From contig OZ059900.1 of NCBI GenBank assembly GCA_964057225.1, forward strand, positions 25,978,001 to 26,042,000: a DNA stretch of 64,000 bases, read 5' to 3'. The notes under the pieces are model-generated. The model saw only the letters and a program-made list of their open reading frames with translations. It searched no databases and was not told the origin of the DNA. Of this stretch, positions 56,101 to 64,000 are shown piece by piece; the first letter of the stretch is position 1, and each line of letters begins with the position of its first letter. The DNA is from Auanema rhodensis. Taxonomy: Eukaryota > Animalia > Nematoda. Both the position numbers and the translations under genes were made by a program.

Positions 56101-57115
56101 GAAAGTGGAACTAGACGTTGTACGAACAGTTTTGAGCTAGGTTTCATTGACATTGCATGAGTTTGAACACATGAAATCGTAAGTCAAAACCTTGTTTACA
56201 GCGAAATTTCCAAAAACTGGTTTTCCAGCATAATAAAATATTTCTCATGGGAAATACTGTGTTTTTGTATTTTTTCAGTGTTCAGCATGTAAAATGCTTC
56301 ATTTTAGTATGTAACACGCTGAAATTCGTTGCATTTGACGACTCATATGAACAAAAATCGATTTTATCAATATTAGCCATAAGGGGCGTGCCCTCAGAAT
56401 ATGCTAATTTCCTTAATTTTCTAACCCCTGTTTTTTTGTCGTGAAAGTGGAACTAGACGTTGTACGAACAATTTTGAGCTAGGTTTCATTGACATTGCAT
56501 GAGTTTGAACACATGCAATCGTAAGTCAAAACCTTGTTTACAGCGAAATTTCCAAAAACTGGTTTTCCAGCATAATAAAATATTTATCATGGGAAAAACT
56601 GTGTTTTTGTATTTTTCTAGTGTTCAGCATGTAAAATGCTTTATTTTAATATGTAACACGCTGAAATTCGTTGCATTTGACGACTCATATGAACAAAAAT
56701 CGATTTAATCAATATTAGCCATAAGGGGCGTGCCCTCAGAATATGCTAATTTCCTTAATTTTCTAACCCCTGTTTTTTTGTCGTGAAAGTGGAACTAGAC
56801 GTTGTACGAACAATTTTGAGCTAAGTTTCATTGACATTGCATGAGTTTGAACACATGAAATCGTAAGTCAAAACCTTGTTTACAGCGAAATTTCCAAAAA
56901 CTGGTTTTCCAGCATAATAAAATATTTCTCAAGGGAAAAACTGTGTTTTCATATTTTTCAAGTGTTCAGCATGTAAAATGCTTCATTTTAGTATGTAACA
57001 CGCTGAAATTCCTTGCATTTGACGACTCATATGAACAAAAATCGATTTAATCAATATTAGCCATAAGGGGCGTGCCCTCAGAATATGCTAATTTCCTTAA
57101 TTTTCTAACCCCTGT
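50275..57115 (+). repeat. 10-monomer (3420 bp) tandem duplication
   Basis: The ORF pairs 51118/54538, 51802/55222, 52144/55564, 52485/55905, 52827/56247 and 53079/56499 all differ by 3420. Both copies carry AGTGAAACTA, the +A insertion and the T6 deletion. Confidence 0.88.
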
Positions 57116-60100
57116 TTTTTTGTCGTGAAAGTGGAACTAGACGTTGTACGAACAATTTTGAGCTAGGTTTCATTGACATTGCATGAGTTTGAACACATGA
57201 AATCGTAAGTCAAAACCTTGTTTACAGCGAAATTTCCAAAAACTGGTTTTCCAGCATAATAAAATATTTCTCATGAGAAATACTGTGTTTTTGTATTTTT
57301 TTAATGTTCAGCATGTAAAACGCTTCATTTTGATATGTAAAACGCTGAAATTCGTTGCATTTGACGACTCATATGAACAAAAATCGATTTTATCAATATT
57401 AGCCATAAGGGGCGTGCCCTCAGAATATGCTAATTTCCTTAATTTTCTAACCCCTGTTTTTTTGTCGTGAAAGTGGAACTAGACGTTGTACGAACAATTT
57501 TGAGCTAGGTTTCATTGACATTGCATGAGTTTGAACACATGAAATCGTAAGTCAAAACCTTGTTTACAGCGAAATTTCCAAAAACTGGTTTTCCAGCATA
57601 ATACAATATTTCTCATGGGAAATACTGTGTTTTTATATTTTTCTAGTGTTCAGCATGTAAAATGCTTCATTTTAGTATGTAACACGCTGAAATTCGTTGC
57701 ATTTGACGACTCATATGAACAAAAATCGATTTTATCAATATTAGCCATAAGGGGCGTGCCCTCAGAATATGCTAATTTCCTTAATTTTCTAACCCCTGTT
57801 TTTTTGTCGTGAAAGTGGAACTAGACGTTGTACGAACAGTTTTGAGCTAGGTTTCATTGACATTGCATGAGTTTGAACACATGAAATCGTAAGTCAAAAC
57901 CTTGTTTACAGCGAAATTTCCAAAAACTGGTTTTCCAGCATAATAAAATATTTCTCATGGGAAATACTGTGTTTTTGTATTTTTTCAGTGTTCAGCATGT
58001 AAAATGCTTCATTTTAGTATGTAACACGCTGAAATTCGTTGCATTTGACGACTCATATGAACAAAAATCGATTTAATCAATATTAGCCATAAGGGGCGTG
58101 CCCTCAGAATATGCTAATTTCCTTAATTTTCTAACCCCTGTTTTTTTGTCGTGAAAGTGGAACTAGACGTTGTACGAACAATTTTGAACTAGGTTTCATT
58201 GACATTGCATGAGTTTGAACACATGAAATCGTAAGTCAAAACCTTGTTTACAGCGAAATTTCCAAAAACTGGTTTTCCAGCATAATAAAATATTTCTCAT
58301 GGGAAATACTGTGTTTTTGTATTTTTTTAGTGTTCAGCATGTAAAATGCGTCATTTTAGTATGTAAAACGCTGAAATTCGTTGCATTTGACGACTCATAT
58401 GAACAAAAATCGATTTTATCAATATTAGCCATAAGGGGCGTGCCCTCAGAATATGCTAATTTCCTTAATTCTCTAACCCCTGTTTTTTTGTCGTGAAAGT
58501 GGAACTAGACGTTGTACGAACAATTTTGAGCTAGGTTTCATTGACATTGCATGAGTTTGAACACATGAAATCGTAAGTCAAAACCTTGTTTACAGCGAAA
58601 TTTCCAAAAACTGGTTTTCCAGCATATTAAAATATTTCTCAAGGAAAAAACTGTGTTTTCATATTTTTCAAGTGTTCAGCATGTAAAATGCTTCATTTTA
58701 GTATGTAACACGCTGAAATTCCTTGCATTTGACGACTCATATGAACAAAAATCGATTTAATCAATATTAGCCATAAGGGGCATGCCCTCAGAATTTGCTA
58801 ATTTCCTTATATTTCTAACCCCTGTTTTTTTGTCGTGAAAGTGGAACTAGACGTTGTACGAACAATTTTGAGCTAGGTTTCATTGACATTGCATGAGTTT
58901 GAACACATGAAATCGTAAGTCAAAACCTTGTTTACAGCGAAATTTCCAAAAACTGGTTTTCCAGCATAATAAAATATTTCTCATGGGAAATACTGTGTTT
59001 TTGTAATTTTCTAGTGTTCAGCATGTAAAATGCTTCATTTTAGTATGTAACACGCTGAAATTTGTTGCATTTGACGACTCATATGAACAAAAATCGATTT
59101 AATCAATATTAGCCATAAGGGGCGTGCCCTCAGAATATGCTAATTTCCTTAATTTTCTAACCCCTGTTTTTTTGTCGTGAAAGTGGAACTAGACGTTGTA
59201 CGAACAATTTTGAGCTAGGTTTCATTGACATTGCATGAGTTTGAACACATGAAATCGTAAGTCAAAACCTTGTTTACAGCGAAATTTCCAAAAACTGGTT
59301 TTCCAGCATAATAAAATATTTCTCAAGGGAAAAACTGTGTTTTCATATTTTTCAAGTGTTCAGCATGTAAAATGCTTCATTTTAGTATGTAACACGCTGA
59401 AATTCCTTGCATTTGACGACTCATATGAACAAAAATCGATTTAATCAATATTAGCCATAAGGGGCGTGCCCTCAGAATATGCTAATTTCCTTAATTTTCT
59501 AACCCCTGTTTTTTTGTCGTGAAAGTGGAACTAGACGTTGTACGAACAATTTTGAGCTAGGTTTCATTGACATTGCATGAGTTTGAACACATGCAATCGT
59601 AAGTCAAAACCTTGTTTACAGCGAAATTTCCAAAAACTGGTTTTCCAGCATAATAAAATATTTCTCATGGGAAAAACTGTGTTTTTGTATTTTTCTAGTG
59701 TTCAGCATGTAAAATGCTTCATTTTAATATGTAACACGCTGAAATTCGTTGCATTTGACGACTCATATGAACAAAAATCGATTTAATCAATATTAGCCAT
59801 AAGGGGCGTGCCCTCAGAATATGCTAATTTCCTTAATTTTCTAACCCCTGTTTTTTTGTCGTGAAAGTGGAACTAGACGTTGTACGAACAATTTTGAGCT
59901 AGGTTTCATTGACATTGCATGAGTTTGAACACATGAAATCGTAAGTCAAAAACCTTGTTTACAGCGAAATTTCCAAAAACTGGTTTTCCAGCATAATACA
60001 ATATTTCTCAAGGGAAAAACTGTGTTTTTATATTTTTCTAGTGTTCAGCATGTAAAATGCTTCATTTTAGTATGTAACACGCTGAAATTCGTTGCATTTG

Positions 60101-63100
60101 ACGACTCATATGAACAAAAATCGATTTTATCAATATTAGCCATAAGGGGCGTGCCCTCAGAATATGCTAATTTGCTTAATTTTCTAACCCCTGTTTTTTT
60201 GTCGTGAAAGTGGAACTAGACGTTGTACGAACAGTTTTGAGCTAGGTTTCATTGACATTGCATGAGTTTGAACACATGAAATCGTAAGTCAAAACCTTGT
60301 TTACAGCGAAATTTCCAAAAACTGGTTTTCCAGCATAATAAAATATTTCTCATGGGAAATACTGTGTTTTTGTATTTTTTCAGTGTTCAGCATGTAAAAT
60401 GCTTCATTTTAGTATGTAACACGCTGAAATTCGTTGCATTTGACGACTCATATGAACAAAAATCGATTTAATCAATATTAGCCATAAGGGGCGTGCCCTC
60501 AGAATATGCTAATTTCCTTAATTTTCTAACCCCTGTTTTTTTGTCGTGAAAGTGGAACTAGACGTTGTACGAACAATTTTGAGCTAGGTTTCATTGACAT
60601 TGCATGAGTTTGAACACATGAAATCGTAAGTCAAAACCTTGTTTACAGCGAAATTTCCAAAAACTGGTTTTCCAGCATAATAAAATATTTCTCATGGGAA
60701 ATACTGTGTTTTTGTATTTTTTTAGTGTTCAGCATGTAAAATGCGTCATTTTAGTATGTAAAACGCTGAAATTCGTTGCATTTGACGACTCATATGAACA
60801 AAAATCGATTTTATCAATATTAGCCATAAGGGGCGTGCCCTCAGAATATGCTAATTTCCTTAATTTTCTAACCCCTGTTTTTTTGTCGTGAAAGTGGAAC
60901 TAGACGTTGTACGAACAATTTTGAGCTAAGTTTCATTGACATTGCATGAGTTTGAACACATGAAATCGTAAGTCAAAACCTTGTTTACAGCGAAATTTCC
61001 AAAAACTGGTTTTCCAGCATAATAAAATATTTCTCATGAGAAATACTGTGTTTTTATATTTTTCTAGTGTTCAGCATGTAAAATGCTCCATTTTAGTATG
61101 TAACACGCTGAAATTCGTTGCATTTGACGACTCATATGAACAAAAATCGATTTTATCAATATTAGCCATAAGGGGCGTGCCCTCAGAATATGCTAATTTC
61201 CTTAATTTTCTAACCCCTGTTTTTTTGTCGTGAAAGTGGAACTAGACGTTGTACGAACAGTTTTGAGCTAGGTTTCATTGACATTGCATGAGTTTGAACA
61301 CATGAAATCGTAAGTCAAAACCTTGTTTACAGCGAAATTTCCAAAAACTGGTTTTCCAGCATAATAAAATATTTCTCATGGGAAATACTGTGTTTTTGTA
61401 TTTTTTCAGTGTTCAGCATGTAAAATGCTTCATTTTAGTATGTAACACGCTGAAATTCGTTGCATTTGACGACTCATATGAACAAAAATCGATTTAATCA
61501 ATATTAGCCATAAGGGGCGTGCCCTCAGAATATGCTAATTTCCTTAATTTTCTAACCCCTGTTTTTTTGTCGTGAAAGTGGAACTAGACGTTGTACGAAC
61601 AATTTTGAGCTAGGTTTCATTGACATTGCATGAGTTTGAACACATGAAATCGTAAGTCAAAACCTTGTTTACAGCGAAATTTCCAAAAACTGGTTTTCCA
61701 GCATAATAAAATATTTCTCATGGGAAATACTGTGTTTTTGTATTTTTTTAGTGTTCAGCATGTAAAATGCGTCATTTTAGTATGTAAAACGCTGAAATTC
61801 GTTGCATTTGACGACTCATATGAACAAAAATCGATTTTATCAATATTAGCCATAAGGGGCGTGCCCTCAGAATATGCTAATTTCCTTAATTCTCTAACCC
61901 CTGTTTTTTTGTCGTGAAAGTGGAACTAGACGTTGTACGAACAATTTTGAGCTAGGTTTCATTGACATTGCATGAGTTTGAACACATGAAATCGTAAGTC
62001 AAAACCTTGTTTACAGCGAAATTTCCAAAAACTGGTTTTCCAGCATAATAAAATATTTCTCAAGGGAAAAACTGTGTTTTCATATTTTTCAAGTGTTCAG
62101 CATGTAAAATGCTTCATTTTAGTATGTAACACGCTGAAATTCCTTGCATTTGACGACTCATATGAACAAAAATCGATTTAATCAATATTAGCCATAAGGG
62201 GCGTGCCCTCAGAATTTGCTAATTTCCTTATATTTCTAACCCCTGTTTTTTTGTCGTGAAAGTGGAACTAGACGTTGTACGAACAATTTTGAGCTAGGTT
62301 TCATTGACATTGCATGAGTTTGAACACATGAAATCGTAAGTCAAAACCTTGTTTACAGCGAAATTTCCAAAAACTGGTTTTCCAGCATAATAAAATATTT
62401 CTCATGGGAAATACTGTGTTTTTGTATTTTTCTAGTGTTCAGCATGTAAAATGCTTCATTTTAGTATGTAACACGCTGAAATTTGTTGCATTTGACGACT
62501 CATATGAACAAAAATCGATTTAATCAATATTAGCCATAAGGGGCGTGCCCTCAGAATATGCTAATTTCCTTAATTTTCTAACCCCTGTTTTTTTGTCGTG
62601 AAAGTGGAACTAGACGTTGTACGAACAATTTTGAGCTAGGTTTCATTGACATTGCATGAGTTTGAACACATGAAATCGTAAGTCAAAAACCTTGTTTACA
62701 GCGAAATTTCCAAAAACTGGTTTTCCAGCATAATACAATATTTCTCAAGGGAAAAACTGTGTTTTTATATTTTTCTAGTGTTCAGCATGTAAAATGCTTC
62801 ATTTTAGTATGTAACACGCTGAAATTCGTTGCATTTGACGACTCATATGAACAAAAATCGATTTTATCAATATTAGCCATAAGGGGCGTGCCCTCAGAAT
62901 ATGCTAATTTCCTTAATTTTCTAACCCCTGTTTTTTTGTCGTGAAAGTGGAACTAGACGTTGTACGAACAGTTTTGAGCTAGGTTTCATTGACATTGCAT
63001 GAGTTTGAACACATGAAATCGTAAGTCAAAACCTTGTTTACAGCGAAATTTCCAAAAACTGGTTTTCCAGCATAATAAAATATTTCTCATGGGAAATACT

Positions 63101-64000
63101 GTGTTTTTGTATTTTTTCAGTGTTCAGCATGTAAAATGCTTCATTTTAGTATGTAACACGCTGAAATTCGTTGCATTTGACGACTCATATGAACAAAAAT
63201 CGATTTAATCAATATTAGCCATAAGGGGCGTGCCCTCAGAATATGCTAATTTCCTTAATTTTCTAACCCCTGTTTTTTTGTCGTGAAAGTGGAACTAGAC
63301 GTTGTACGAACAATTTTGAGCTAGGTTTCATTGACATTGCATGAGTTTGAACACATGAAATCGTAAGTCAAAACCTTGTTTACAGCGAAATTTCCAAAAA
63401 CTGGTTTTCCAGCATAATAAAATATTTCTCATGGGAAATACTGTGTTTTTGTATTTTTTTAGTGTTCAGCATGTAAAATGCGTCATTTTAGTATGTAAAA
63501 CGCTGAAATTCGTTGCATTTGACGACTCATATGAACAAAAATCGATTTTATCAATATTAGCCATAAGGGGCGTGCCCTCAGAATATGCTAATTTCCTTAA
63601 TTTTCTAACCCCTGTTTTTTTGTCGTGAAAGTGGAACTAGACGTTGTACGAACAATTTTGAGCTAAGTTTCATTGACATTGCATGAGTTTGAACACATGA
63701 AATCGTAAGTCAAAACCTTGTTTACAGCGAAATTTCCAAAAACTGGTTTTCCAGCATAATAAAATATTTCTCATGAGAAATACTGTGTTTTTGTATTTTT
63801 TTAATGTTCAGCATGTAAAATGCTTCATTTTGATATGTAAAACGCTGAAATTCGTTGCATTTGACGATTCATATGAACAAAAATCGATTTTATCAATATT
63901 AGCCATAAGGGGCGTGCCCTCAGAATATGCTAATTTCCTTAATTTTCTAACCCCTGTTTTTTTGTCGTGAAAGTGGAACTAGACGTTGTACGAACAATTT

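Larger units (their letters stand above)
1..64000. repeat. Tandem satellite DNA array, 342-bp monomer, about 187 copies, head-to-tail; runs off both window ends
   Basis: The motif TTTTTTTGTCGTGAAAGTGGAACTAGACG recurs at 1, 343, 685, 1027 and onward to the end of the window. Equivalent ORF starts are spaced by multiples of 342, with shifts of 1-2 bp from rare indels. No non-repeat sequence was seen. Confidence 0.99.

Noticed and set aside
411-63970. Dozens of near-identical 61-95 aa ORFs (MSLNTCN..., MGNTVF..., MRNTVF...) resembling a tandem small-peptide gene family
   Set aside because: They recur only because the repeat recurs and 342 is divisible by 3. Their presence depends on stop-codon and start-codon polymorphisms (TGA/TGC, TAA/TTA, ATG/AAG). 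Most variants change amino acids, no domain is recognisable, and a TGA in GTCGTGAAAG closes the frame in each monomer. Ribo-seq or proteomics evidence would be needed to revive this.
1-64000. CRISPR array or diversity-cassette system (constant plus variable segments)
   Set aside because: There are no unique spacers, since the variable segments differ only by a few SNPs. The unit is far longer than a CRISPR repeat-spacer unit, and no cas, recombinase or reverse transcriptase gene is present.

Overview
The whole window is one uninterrupted head-to-tail tandem array of a 342-bp AT-rich monomer (about 187 copies, 33% GC counted by hand on monomer 1), all in the same orientation. This is eukaryotic-type satellite DNA, plausibly centromeric or pericentromeric, which is an inference. 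I found no genes, RNA genes, mobile element insertions, inversions or CRISPR spacers. The many short ORFs are by-products of the repeat. Monomers differ at only a few recurrent positions that define roughly ten subtypes. These are arranged in local, shifting higher-order repeats (4-, 6-, 10-, 14-, 22- and 29-monomer offsets), with recombinant monomers and left-to-right turnover of variants. The monomer is rich in dyad symmetries and shows weak traces of 171-bp and about 57-bp internal periodicity. I cannot identify the host species or satellite family from the sequence alone, and I see no support for a novel protein-coding system.
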